Below are positions 49,648 to 59,124 of a stretch of DNA of 63,405 bases, in pieces. The stretch lies in the sequence record SRR22947725_3552, one strand, 5' to 3'. The translations under genes and the position numbers were made by a program. Position 1 is the first letter of the stretch; the number at the start of each line of letters is the position of its first letter. A model generated the notes under the pieces. That model was not told the DNA's origin. It made no database searches and saw only the letters and a list, made by a program, of their open reading frames with translations.

Positions 49648-51366
49648 CTAGGCCCACATCAACCAGATAAATCCGCCAATCATTACGCCCACCGCAGCAC
49701 ACGAGACAAAAAAGCCGATAACGGAGGTTTTGGAAGGTACGGGAACTTCAAAATTACTACCCGTGAACCATGTGGCTCTGTGAACAGGTTGAACTCCAGC
49801 AGGCAATTGACAACTTGTTGTAATAACTTCACCGGGTTGCACAGGCGTCCGAATGAGTTGATGAAATTGGTTTACCTTTGCCTCATTAGGCCTTTTGGTC
49901 AATAGACTTGCAATGATACCAGCAAGGGCAGCCGCCATTAAGTAAATCACGATTTGCCAGGGTTCATGAAGGATCGGTTTATCAGAAGCATTTTCAATCA
50001 TCCCCAAAGACTTTGCAAATGGCAGGGATTGAATCCAATGCACCACACCCGGCTGCAGGGTCAGCCACCATACGGTAAATCCCGAAGCAGTACTCATCCA
50101 GGCACCAACAGCATTATATCGCTTCCAAAACAAACCAATCCAAAAGGCTATGCCCAGCATGGGAGCAATCTTAAGCCAGAATTTGAGCCCTTTAACGACG
50201 TCACTCATCCAGAAGGCAACAAACACACCGCTCAAAACAATCAAGATGGAAATACATCTCCCAATCAGCAGGTAGTGATCAGAAGAACGGTTTTTAACAA
50301 GCGGTTTGTAGAGATTCTCCGTAAACAGTCCGGCAGCAGAAATCATCATTGAATCACAGGAACTCATCACTCCTGCCAGAATCGAGGCAAGAAAAAGCCC
50401 CAGGAGCCCCGGAAAAGCGCTTGGTAAAAATTCGGCAGCCATCTGCCCGTATACCTGATCCGGATCAATGGAAGTCAAATCTGCTCCTTTTTGCATATAC
50501 CAGGCCAGAGCTGCAATACCTGTCACCGCCCATGCAGCTGTACAGATACGCTTGATCAAATTGCCAGCTACGAAACCAAAGCGGCCATCCATTTCAGTCC
50601 GCCCAGCACCACAAACCCCCATGATGAATGGCTGCGCTACAATACCTACTAATGACAACACCGCAAAAGTAGCTATGAAGAATGGTGTGACTCCCTCGGG
50701 TGCCACCATGGAAAGCATCGACGGATCGTTCAAAGTCTCCCGCACTCCAGAAAGACCGCCTACCGCCGAAAGTGTCCACGGCAATAGCATGACTGAAAAG
50801 AGAACGGTTAAAACCCCCTGAATGTAATCGGTGACAATCGCCGCACCCAATCCCCCTACCATTCCATAAGCAACAAACAAAACAGCAACCACCGGCACAG
50901 CAAATGAGGCACTTACCATTCCTTGCGTCCCAGACTCGACCAAGGCCCCTGCTCCCTTCAACAATAGACCGATTTTAACAGCCAACCCGATGATCCCAAC
51001 CATCGAAAACAACACGGCCACACTGGAACCAAACCTGAGTGCATAAACATCCGCAGTCGTCGTCGCACGGAACCGTCTGAAGATGGGAGCAATCAACCAA
51101 TAGAATGGCGTATTGAACAACCAGAGCCATTGATACCAGATACCTGACAATCCATGACGAAATGTGCCCGAAGCAACGACCACAGCCTGATCGGATGCTG
51201 TTCCAGTACCGAAAGCATGCATCATCATCATGCTTTTACCAAATCGCCGAGGCATGAAAAAATCAGATTGTTTTTGGATTCCTTTCCCCATTCTTACCCC
51301 CAGCCAGGTAATCCCGGCCAGATAAAGAAAGAGAACAGATAAGTCAGCCAGTGGTAATACATTCAT
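49648..51366 (-). CDS. Sodium:solute symporter family protein
   Basis: ~14 TMs; YGMVGGLGAAIVTDYIQG, LAGVMSSCDS. Confidence 0.9.
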   Translation of the reverse strand: MNVLPLADLSVLFLYLAGITWLGVRMGKGIQKQSDFFMPRRFGKSMMMMHAFGTGTASDQAVVVASGTFRHGLSGIWYQWLWLFNTPFYWLIAPIFRRFRATTTADVYALRFGSSVAVLFSMVGIIGLAVKIGLLLKGAGALVESGTQGMVSASFAVPVVAVLFVAYGMVGGLGAAIVTDYIQGVLTVLFSVMLLPWTLSAVGGLSGVRETLNDPSMLSMVAPEGVTPFFIATFAVLSLVGIVAQPFIMGVCGAGRTEMDGRFGFVAGNLIKRICTAAWAVTGIAALAWYMQKGADLTSIDPDQVYGQMAAEFLPSAFPGLLGLFLASILAGVMSSCDSMMISAAGLFTENLYKPLVKNRSSDHYLLIGRCISILIVLSGVFVAFWMSDVVKGLKFWLKIAPMLGIAFWIGLFWKRYNAVGAWMSTASGFTVWWLTLQPGVVHWIQSLPFAKSLGMIENASDKPILHEPWQIVIYLMAAALAGIIASLLTKRPNEAKVNQFHQLIRTPVQPGEVITTSCQLPAGVQPVHRATWFTGSNFEVPVPSKTSVIGFFVSCAAVGVMIGGFIWLMWA

Positions 51367-52262
51367 GACGGTCCATTTTTGGGTAAGTTAGGTTTCAATC
51401 CTTCAATGATGGCACTGTTATCACAGGCTCCAAAACCAAGCTCCTCGGCTCGTTCCAATAATTGCTGATGCAGCGTGGTTAGAGGGATATTGCCACCAGA
51501 GGCCTGTGCCTGATCGATCATCAGGCAAACATCCTTGAGGTGTTGTGACAATCGCGCCTGAGGGTTTTCAAAATCCCGGTGGACCATGCGATCCCCCTTG
51601 CTGTCCATGACAATGGAATACGCGGGCGTGCGTTTTAATATTTCCAGCGTCTTGACGCCATCCATACCCAGGGAACTTGCAAATTCCAACCCCTCGGCAA
51701 GCACAAGGCGATTCAATCCCAGCACCATGTTATGCACTAGCTTGAACCTCGAACCGGCTCCAAGAGATCCTAGGTGAAACCATTGCGTGGAGATCGCGTC
51801 GAACAGACTGCCATTCGATTCGACAAATCTGGCGTCACCTCCAACAAAAAGCGTCGCCTCACCTTCCAGCATTTGCTGACTGGAACCCGCAACATTAGCC
51901 TCCAGATAAGATACATTACGCCGGGCCAGTTTATGGCCCATTGCTATCATTTCGTCGGGACTACCTGTGGTCGTATCAATCACCACTTGATGATCAAGAA
52001 ACAAATCATATCCGTCCTCAACCACTTGTGCGGCAATGCCACTATCGGGTAGACAAAGGAGAACAATCTCAACCTTCTGGACCAATTCGGTGAGTGAATC
52101 ACAGAATTGAAGTTCTGTTGCATGACTGACAACAGGATCATAGCCAGCAACGGAATATCCCTGATCAATAAGACGCCCGGCAATTGCTTTCCCGAGAAGA
52201 CCAACACCAACAATCCCTACCTTTGGCAGGTGCTGATTCAAATGAGCATCGTTATGTTCCAT
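51363..52262 (-). CDS. 3-hydroxyisobutyrate/2-hydroxy-3-oxopropionate reductase-family NAD(P) oxidoreductase
   Basis: GIVGVGLLG, DTTT, EANVAGS, FKLVHN, KDV; overlaps the symporter start. Confidence 0.88.
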   Translation of the reverse strand: MEHNDAHLNQHLPKVGIVGVGLLGKAIAGRLIDQGYSVAGYDPVVSHATELQFCDSLTELVQKVEIVLLCLPDSGIAAQVVEDGYDLFLDHQVVIDTTTGSPDEMIAMGHKLARRNVSYLEANVAGSSQQMLEGEATLFVGGDARFVESNGSLFDAISTQWFHLGSLGAGSRFKLVHNMVLGLNRLVLAEGLEFASSLGMDGVKTLEILKRTPAYSIVMDSKGDRMVHRDFENPQARLSQHLKDVCLMIDQAQASGGNIPLTTLHQQLLERAEELGFGACDNSAIIEGLKPNLPKNGPS

Positions 52263-52351
52263 TGGTCAGGTCCATGTTTAGTTTGAATCAAAAAACTACT
52301 CCAACGTTGGAAGTGTGGAACAGCCGGGCATTTCAAAGGTCGCCACAAAAT

Positions 52352-54214
52352 CTAGTGCCTTAAATCCTCATTCAGTTTCTCCAGAAGCCGCGGCACGTAA
52401 CCACCGATTCGCCCCAATTGCTTGGTACTCTTGCGCGGCAATGCTTTGATCTGATCACGCACAGACACAGCTTTTCCGCCAAGCATTTGGAGTGCATTGA
52501 GGCTATACATTGCCGGAAACACCCCATCTTCATCCATGTTGGAGGCACCCACCAACGTTTCCAAGACATGATCCAGATGCCCCTCAGTAAAACGCCCCAA
52601 GGCTTCTCCTGCAACCGCGCGTACGTAGGGTGATTCATCTTTCAATGCTTGCAGCAGTGGTGATTTGTTTTGATGCACGGCAGATTCACCTCGGATCAAG
52701 AAACCAAGGGCTCCCCAATATCGAATGGCGCTGTCATCTGATTTGAGAGCATCCAGCAAACCGGGTATCGAAACCTCATCACGACCAGCCGCCATTTGAG
52801 CAGTTTCAAAAATGGCTTCCAGATTGTAGTTAGCCCTGTCCTGTCCCATTTCGTATGGTGTCTTATCACCCCCTCTTGCATGGATTTCACCTTCAGGAAG
52901 AAAACCTAGATCGCGCGTTTCGAGCACCCAGTGCTGATGCACTTTCCGGAATCGTTTGAGAACCGCTCGATGCGAGGGAGATTCGACCAGATTCTTGACT
53001 TCGTCTGGATCGTAATCCAAATCATATAACTCTTCTGCGGGCTTTTCTTCCCAGAAATATGTTTGAGGCGCTTTAAGCTTACCTTCGTCATACATTTGCT
53101 TCCATACACGAGTCGTCGGAGTCTGAAACATGTATTGAATATACTGGCCATAGATCCGGTGAGGCATGTAGTTGCGAATATAAATGTAACGCTTGTCCCT
53201 CACAGAGCGCACGAGATCATATCGCTCATCCATACGTCCACGGAATCCAAATTGATAATCAACAGGGTCCGCTTCGTATCTGCCCATGAATGCATTGCCT
53301 TGCATGTGCTCAGGCGGAGTCATCCCCACGATGCTCAACAGGGTTGGAGCCATATCAATGAATCCAACCAATCGATCCGTATCACCGCCTGCTTGATATC
53401 CGGAGGGAGCCAGGTGTTTGTATTTTTCGGGGACGTGCACGATCAAGGGCACGCGCAACCCAGAATTATAAGGCCAACGCTTGCTGCGTGGCATCCCTGA
53501 TCCATGATCACCGTAGTAAAACACGACGGTATCATCTTCAACGCCAGCTTCTCTTAATTCACGTAAATATTTACCGGCTGTGGCATCCATTTCAGACATC
53601 TTGTCATGGTATTGCGCCCAATCCTGTTTCACCTCAGGCGTATCAGGATGGTAGGATGGTACACGCACTTTCGCTGGATCGTGGACAGCTTTGTGCGGCC
53701 GCCTCCTGATCTGACTTTCGTGACTGATGGTGATATTGAAGACGGCAAAAAATGGTTGTCCTGGTTCGCGGTTTTTCCAATGGGCTTTTCTTGAGGATTC
53801 GTCCCAAACCTTCCCCTTCTCTTCCAAATTATAGTCCTTTTTGCTGTTGTTGGTGCAATAATACCCTAAGGACCTGAGGTATTGCGGATACATCTTCATG
53901 AAAGATGGGAGGGGCGTCATGCTGCGCATATGCTGGCCGCCGGTTGATGGAGGGTAAACGCCTGAAATGAGGGTTGTTCGAGCCGGGGCACAAACGGGAG
54001 CCGTTGACCATGCATTTTGGTAAATAAGACCTTTGGCCGCCAAAGCATCCAGATTGGGTGTACTGGCATACTCATCACCGTAGCAACCCATATGTGGACC
54101 ATTATCCTCACTTGTGATCCATAAAATGTTGGGGCGATCCTCAGCCAACAAAACACTCAGGACAAGCAAACTACTTCCGGCCATCAGACACCGTTTCAAA
54201 AAACTGGAAAGCAT
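52352..54214 (-). CDS. Sulfatase (Cys-type) with C-terminal HEAT repeats
   Basis: PNILWITSED, CAPAR motif, GDHG, EELYDL; start ATG 54214. Confidence 0.92.
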   Translation of the reverse strand: MLSSFLKRCLMAGSSLLVLSVLLAEDRPNILWITSEDNGPHMGCYGDEYASTPNLDALAAKGLIYQNAWSTAPVCAPARTTLISGVYPPSTGGQHMRSMTPLPSFMKMYPQYLRSLGYYCTNNSKKDYNLEEKGKVWDESSRKAHWKNREPGQPFFAVFNITISHESQIRRRPHKAVHDPAKVRVPSYHPDTPEVKQDWAQYHDKMSEMDATAGKYLRELREAGVEDDTVVFYYGDHGSGMPRSKRWPYNSGLRVPLIVHVPEKYKHLAPSGYQAGGDTDRLVGFIDMAPTLLSIVGMTPPEHMQGNAFMGRYEADPVDYQFGFRGRMDERYDLVRSVRDKRYIYIRNYMPHRIYGQYIQYMFQTPTTRVWKQMYDEGKLKAPQTYFWEEKPAEELYDLDYDPDEVKNLVESPSHRAVLKRFRKVHQHWVLETRDLGFLPEGEIHARGGDKTPYEMGQDRANYNLEAIFETAQMAAGRDEVSIPGLLDALKSDDSAIRYWGALGFLIRGESAVHQNKSPLLQALKDESPYVRAVAGEALGRFTEGHLDHVLETLVGASNMDEDGVFPAMYSLNALQMLGGKAVSVRDQIKALPRKSTKQLGRIGGYVPRLLEKLNEDLRH

Positions 54215-54533
54215 GTTTTTTTCTAACAAAGAGGTGATGATTTGCAAAGCCCAATTCGGTTGAATCCACAGATCACATTCAATAATTCAAGAGGCTCCAG
54301 ATCGCTGGGAGCGAAAAAATAAAGAGTGTCTGACAGATCCTTCACCAATGACCTGATTTTTTCAGATTCAGGGAGAGAGCACGTTTTAAACTGTTGTTAT
54401 GGGATTAGTTTAAAACCAAGATCACCCTGCCCGGCACAAGCCGTTCAAACTTTTGGGACAAAACCAGAAGATTGTATACAGCCGAAAGGATGGCAGTGGA
54501 AACTGACTGGACCCTTACCGGCAACCGCTTTCG

Positions 54534-55823
54534 TCAAACATCAAGCACAGACTGGTAAACTTGCAGAACACGTTTTGCCATGTGAATGGATTGATGAGAT
54601 TGATTCACCGATCGAATGGCAGCATCAGAAGTTTGTTTTAATCGGGTTTTATCCTTAAGAAGACTGTCGATGCTTTCGGCCAGATCATCTTTGCTCAATC
54701 CTGCAGTCATCACTCCCCCACCAGTTGCTTCGATAATCTCAGGAAAAGCGGCGTGCGGCGGCTGTATCACGGGAACGCCTGCTGCCATGGCTTCGAGCAA
54801 GTAAAGCCCATAGGTTTCTCCGTAGAGTGCCGGGACAGAGAAAACAGTAAGTTTGGAGAAGAACTCAAGTTTTTCCTGGCGATCCAGATTCGGATGCCAA
54901 GTCACGTCGTCCAGACAACCTGCTTGGTTCAACTTGGTTTTAAGAGCTTCAACGACAGGCTCATCAGAGGGGCCCATTCCGCCCCCAACCATCAACCTCA
55001 TGGCCTGATAGTTGGGAAGTTTTTTTAATTCGATGTAGGCATCCACCAGTAAAGGAAGACCTTTCGCTTCGCACATTCTGGCAAAATAACCCAATACAGC
55101 TGGATCATCTGGCAATTGACTTCGCCGGTATCCACCAACAGGAATACCATTGGGAACGACATACAATCGATCCGCGTGAAAACCCAAGCGTGATTGCATG
55201 AGCTCCCCGAAATATCGACTTGGAGCGATGAAGGCATCAATGTCTGTGACGCGCTTTTTCAATACGCCCCAGGCCTCCTGTCGGTTCGGCTCAGGGAGTG
55301 CATCCAAAAAGGTATCTTCTCCTTGGAGCGTGCAAAGCACGGGACAGTTCAAGCTGGATTTCAATTCGGCAGCCATCCCTATTAGCAGGGCATTTGAGAG
55401 ACAAACAACATCTGGTTGAACCTGACCTTTCAGCCAATGAATAAGTTGATCGAGTTCTTTTCGCTGACGGCCATCCTCTCCCATCAGCATGGAAACTGTT
55501 AATTCCCCAACATCTTCGGGACGGGTTTGAGCAGCATATTTAGATATTCTTTTTAAGATGGAGCGCCGATTCAGCCAAGCAGTCCAGCTTGAAGGTAATT
55601 TCCGAAAGAATCCCAGCGTTTGATCCAGAAACACGTTGATGCCCCCAAAAAAAATAGGCGTTTCTGAGCTTTGATCGGCATCTTCAAGTGTCAAAGGTAG
55701 ATACAAAGGAACCATCAAAACTTCATGACCCTCATCCCTCAAGGATTTGACGAGGGTGTTGTCCCGAAAACAACCACCGCAATACATCCCCCCTGCGCCA
55801 GGAGTGATCTGAACGATCTTCAT
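54534..55823 (-). CDS. Glycosyltransferase family 4 protein
   Basis: GT-B; VPNGI, ETYGLYLLEAMAAGVPV; N-terminal GAGGMYCGGCFRDN. Confidence 0.9.
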   Translation of the reverse strand: MKIVQITPGAGGMYCGGCFRDNTLVKSLRDEGHEVLMVPLYLPLTLEDADQSSETPIFFGGINVFLDQTLGFFRKLPSSWTAWLNRRSILKRISKYAAQTRPEDVGELTVSMLMGEDGRQRKELDQLIHWLKGQVQPDVVCLSNALLIGMAAELKSSLNCPVLCTLQGEDTFLDALPEPNRQEAWGVLKKRVTDIDAFIAPSRYFGELMQSRLGFHADRLYVVPNGIPVGGYRRSQLPDDPAVLGYFARMCEAKGLPLLVDAYIELKKLPNYQAMRLMVGGGMGPSDEPVVEALKTKLNQAGCLDDVTWHPNLDRQEKLEFFSKLTVFSVPALYGETYGLYLLEAMAAGVPVIQPPHAAFPEIIEATGGGVMTAGLSKDDLAESIDSLLKDKTRLKQTSDAAIRSVNQSHQSIHMAKRVLQVYQSVLDV

Positions 55824-57103
55824 GCAGGCGAGATGTCGGTTTGCGGTTTTGTCAGAGGCATACCGTAGGGGAGATCTTCAGGAATTTCAGCGAAATCCCT
55901 GATTTTCTCCCACAAAACAGAAAAATCCTTATTCACGTCACCAGAAAGGCAATCGGTCACATCTCCACCTACTTCAGGATACTTATCAATCAGATCCTTG
56001 AAGCTGAATTTCTCATTATAAAAGGCATACACAAGTTTGCGCATATTCTCAATGCCTTCGCACATGACTCGACTGTACTCAGAAAACCTGCCCGGTGACA
56101 GATCATCATCCTTGAGGCATTGACTCACTGTTTCACCGGCAAGGACTCCACTCTTCAATGCGATGAGCAAACCTGAGGAAAAGACCGGATCAAGGAAACC
56201 AAATGCATCGCCAATGAGCAAAAGACCTTTTTCTGAAGAATACCTCGAACGAAAGGTGTATTCACTCGTCGCACGATAGGGTCCAACGGGTTCACCTTCG
56301 GACAGGTATTGGCGGATCCATTTATTCTCGGTAATTTCCCGTTTGAATATGTCTTCTGGTTTTTTAACACCATCGCGGGTCAGATACTTGGCCTCTGCCA
56401 CGATCCCTACAGAAGTTATGTTATTGTGCTGAGGAATGAACCAGAACCATCCTTTTTCGGGTACAAATGCCACTGTGGTAGCCCCCGCATCAATGCCTTC
56501 ATCTCTTTTGGCATCCTGATAATAAGTCCAGACGGCCACTTTGTTGAGGTGGGGATCACGCTCACGCCATTTGTTCTTGGCTACGGAGAAAGCTTCCTTA
56601 CCCGACCCGTCCAGAGTGATTCGAGCGCGCACCTCAGAAACATTACCATCCCTGTCCTGATATTTGACACCCGTAACGGACTGATTTTCATCTCGCAAGA
56701 GGTCTTTGACATTTGTTTCCTGAATGATGTCGACTCCTTTTTCAACCGCATGGTCCAGCATCATCTGATCAAACTCGGAACGAACGACCTGCCATGTCTG
56801 GGACACATTTTCATCATAACGTGTGGAGAAGTAGAAAGGCTGAGAGGTTTCTCCCGATGGAGTCACAAATTGAACGCTGTGCTTTTTGACAAAATGAGAT
56901 TGCCGCATGCGCTCGATGAGGCCGAGACGCTTCAGTGGAAAGTAGGTAAAGGGGATCATGGATTCGCCAACCCGATAGCGTGGGAATTTTTCACGCTCCA
57001 GAATAAGAACCCGATGACCATCCTCTGCCAGGATGCTGGCTGCGCTACAACCGGACGGACCGGCACCGATAATCACAACATCATATTCTTTGTGCATTAA
57101 CAT
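55820..57103 (-). CDS. Flavin-dependent halogenase-like oxidoreductase
   Basis: GAGPSG, FPRYRVGES, FVKK (candidate catalytic Lys), WFWFIP (WxWxIP), GDAFGFLDPVFSSG. Confidence 0.8.
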   Translation of the reverse strand: MLMHKEYDVVIIGAGPSGCSAASILAEDGHRVLILEREKFPRYRVGESMIPFTYFPLKRLGLIERMRQSHFVKKHSVQFVTPSGETSQPFYFSTRYDENVSQTWQVVRSEFDQMMLDHAVEKGVDIIQETNVKDLLRDENQSVTGVKYQDRDGNVSEVRARITLDGSGKEAFSVAKNKWRERDPHLNKVAVWTYYQDAKRDEGIDAGATTVAFVPEKGWFWFIPQHNNITSVGIVAEAKYLTRDGVKKPEDIFKREITENKWIRQYLSEGEPVGPYRATSEYTFRSRYSSEKGLLLIGDAFGFLDPVFSSGLLIALKSGVLAGETVSQCLKDDDLSPGRFSEYSRVMCEGIENMRKLVYAFYNEKFSFKDLIDKYPEVGGDVTDCLSGDVNKDFSVLWEKIRDFAEIPEDLPYGMPLTKPQTDISPA

Positions 57104-57121
57104 TAAGTTTGCTTAGTTCCC

Positions 57122-57715
57122 TCAACTTTCAAGCTCTATTTGAGTTTCAGGTAGGATTTCAATAATTTCGGCCAGTGATTCTCCTGATGGATTGGACAGG
57201 CGGTTCCTCCGTCCGTAATGCCATCGCCCCTTGGAATCACCCAGCGTCTTCTTGATTAATTGATCGGGCTCCATTCTAAGATAACCAATCGGACAACTGA
57301 CATGTTCCACCTGGTGATTTTCAAGAATGTGTCCGAGGGGCATGTGTTCTTTCAGGATAGCTTCACGGGCGTTTCTGGGCAGCCTTTCCAGAAAGATGCG
57401 GATCGCTCCAAATTCTACTGGCTGGTGATTTTTCTCCAGCTTCAGGACCACTTCACGGAAGTAATACTGATCAGAATAATCTCTGTGAAGGACATCTATG
57501 TAAATCTGATCGCCGTGAAACCCTTCGAGCGTTGGCGTCATATCCTTTTGATGTACAACCAACCTTTGAAACGGTTGAGGAATTTGATCCGGTTCCACTT
57601 GCTCCAATTTTGGGAGAACCATGTTTTGCCGCTGATAACAATAATCCAGCGGGTACCAAAACGAAGACGTCTCAGCAAGAAGGGACAGTGATGATTCACT
57701 ATTCTCTTTTGCCAT
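57122..57715 (-). CDS. Chorismate pyruvate-lyase-like (UbiC/DUF98 fold) protein
   Basis: DMTPTLE, YFREVVL, PLGHIL, YGRRNRL and IIEILP match the UbiC-like pattern. Confidence 0.65.
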   Translation of the reverse strand: MAKENSESSLSLLAETSSFWYPLDYCYQRQNMVLPKLEQVEPDQIPQPFQRLVVHQKDMTPTLEGFHGDQIYIDVLHRDYSDQYYFREVVLKLEKNHQPVEFGAIRIFLERLPRNAREAILKEHMPLGHILENHQVEHVSCPIGYLRMEPDQLIKKTLGDSKGRWHYGRRNRLSNPSGESLAEIIEILPETQIELES

Positions 57716-57717
57716 GC

Positions 57718-59070
57718 TTAAACAAGCCTTTGAGTTAGATGCTGTGGCAGAAAAAATTCATGAAGCAATCGGTCCACTTGAAGTAAACCTTCACGATTCA
57801 ACTTAATCTCATCTCCATCAATCTTCAGGAACCCCCAATCGGCAATTCGCTTGAGTGGTGCCTCAAATTTCTTTTTCACATTCACTCCGAATTTTTGATC
57901 AAAATAACTGCAGCGCGTATGCCCAAGCTTAAGTTGCAGTATGAACTCCCGTATCAAGCGTTCTTCGTTCGATGGAGTAAGTGCGCGGTATACAGGCAAA
58001 TTACCATCCAGAATCGCATTCACATAGGGTTCGAAATCAGCATTGTTCTGGTAATGCGTGCCACCGATGTGCCCAAAGGAAGCCACACCAACGGAGAGAA
58101 GATCAGCGCCTTCCCATAGCCGGTCACGGTAGATAAATTTGGTTCGATCTTTATCTTTAACGGCTGTGTATGCGCTGGTTACGGTATAACCTTCCTTCTC
58201 CAACTCGCCAAAAGCATAATCAACCCATCGACGCTTGGTTACCCAATCAGCCACAGGAGCTGTCAACTGCCCGGAATCTTTCATCTGACGGTAAATCCCC
58301 GTGTTGAAAGGCACTTCCATTTGATAAATGGTCACGCTGTCTGGCCCCAGTTCAAGAGTGCGCTCAACAGCCATTTTCCATTTTTCTTCAGTCTCCTCCA
58401 GCATCCCAGCAATGAGATCGATGTTCACCTGTGGAAATTCAATCTCACGGGCGTATTGATAAGCTCTAAAAACCTCTTTGGATCGATGAGCGCGCCCGTT
58501 GGTTTCAAGAATGTGGTCATCGAAATGCTCTACTCCCAGACTGAGTCTGGTCACCCCAACGTCCCTGATGGCTTTGAGCTTTTGATCTGTTAGAGTTCCT
58601 GGTTCGCATTCAAACGCAACTTCCTCAGCCTCGTCCCAAGGCAGAACCGCCTTCATACGATCAGTCAATGACGTTAGTTGGGGCACTGACAGATACGAAG
58701 GAGTTCCTCCTCCAAAATAAACAAAGTTGGGTTTTCGTCCACCTATGAAAGGCTTGGAGGCATACGCTTCCAGTTCTTTAACGGCTGATTCCAGGTATCC
58801 GTTGATTGCGGTCGCGTTCTTGTCTGTATAAACTTTGAAGTAACAGAAGTGACAGCGCTTCCGGCAAAATGGAATATGGAGGTAAAGTCCCATTTTTGTA
58901 TCAGGGGATGGAGGACGTTCGATAGCTTCGAGAAACTCTCCCACATGATCCGGCTTCCAAAAAGAATAAGGAGGGTAATTGGACACAAAATAATTGCCCG
59001 CTGTCGTCGGCTTCTTCTCAGGCTCCATCTGCCTTTGTGTCTCTGAATCTGTGTTCGCTACTTCATTCAT
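57718..59070 (-). CDS. HemN-like radical SAM protein
   Basis: LYLHIPFCRKRCHFC, YFGGGTPS, RLSLGVE, NIDLIAG; start likely ATG 59070. Confidence 0.9.
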   Translation of the reverse strand: MNEVANTDSETQRQMEPEKKPTTAGNYFVSNYPPYSFWKPDHVGEFLEAIERPPSPDTKMGLYLHIPFCRKRCHFCYFKVYTDKNATAINGYLESAVKELEAYASKPFIGGRKPNFVYFGGGTPSYLSVPQLTSLTDRMKAVLPWDEAEEVAFECEPGTLTDQKLKAIRDVGVTRLSLGVEHFDDHILETNGRAHRSKEVFRAYQYAREIEFPQVNIDLIAGMLEETEEKWKMAVERTLELGPDSVTIYQMEVPFNTGIYRQMKDSGQLTAPVADWVTKRRWVDYAFGELEKEGYTVTSAYTAVKDKDRTKFIYRDRLWEGADLLSVGVASFGHIGGTHYQNNADFEPYVNAILDGNLPVYRALTPSNEERLIREFILQLKLGHTRCSYFDQKFGVNVKKKFEAPLKRIADWGFLKIDGDEIKLNREGLLQVDRLLHEFFLPQHLTQRLV

Positions 59071-59124
59071 AATTTTAGGTAATTTACCTCTTTGCTGGTT
59101 CTTACTGCGCTTGAACAAGGTGGA

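Noticed and set aside
57718-59070. Genuine HemN or HemW
   Set aside because: Lacks the PRYTSYP and HNxxYW signatures and has no heme-pathway neighbours
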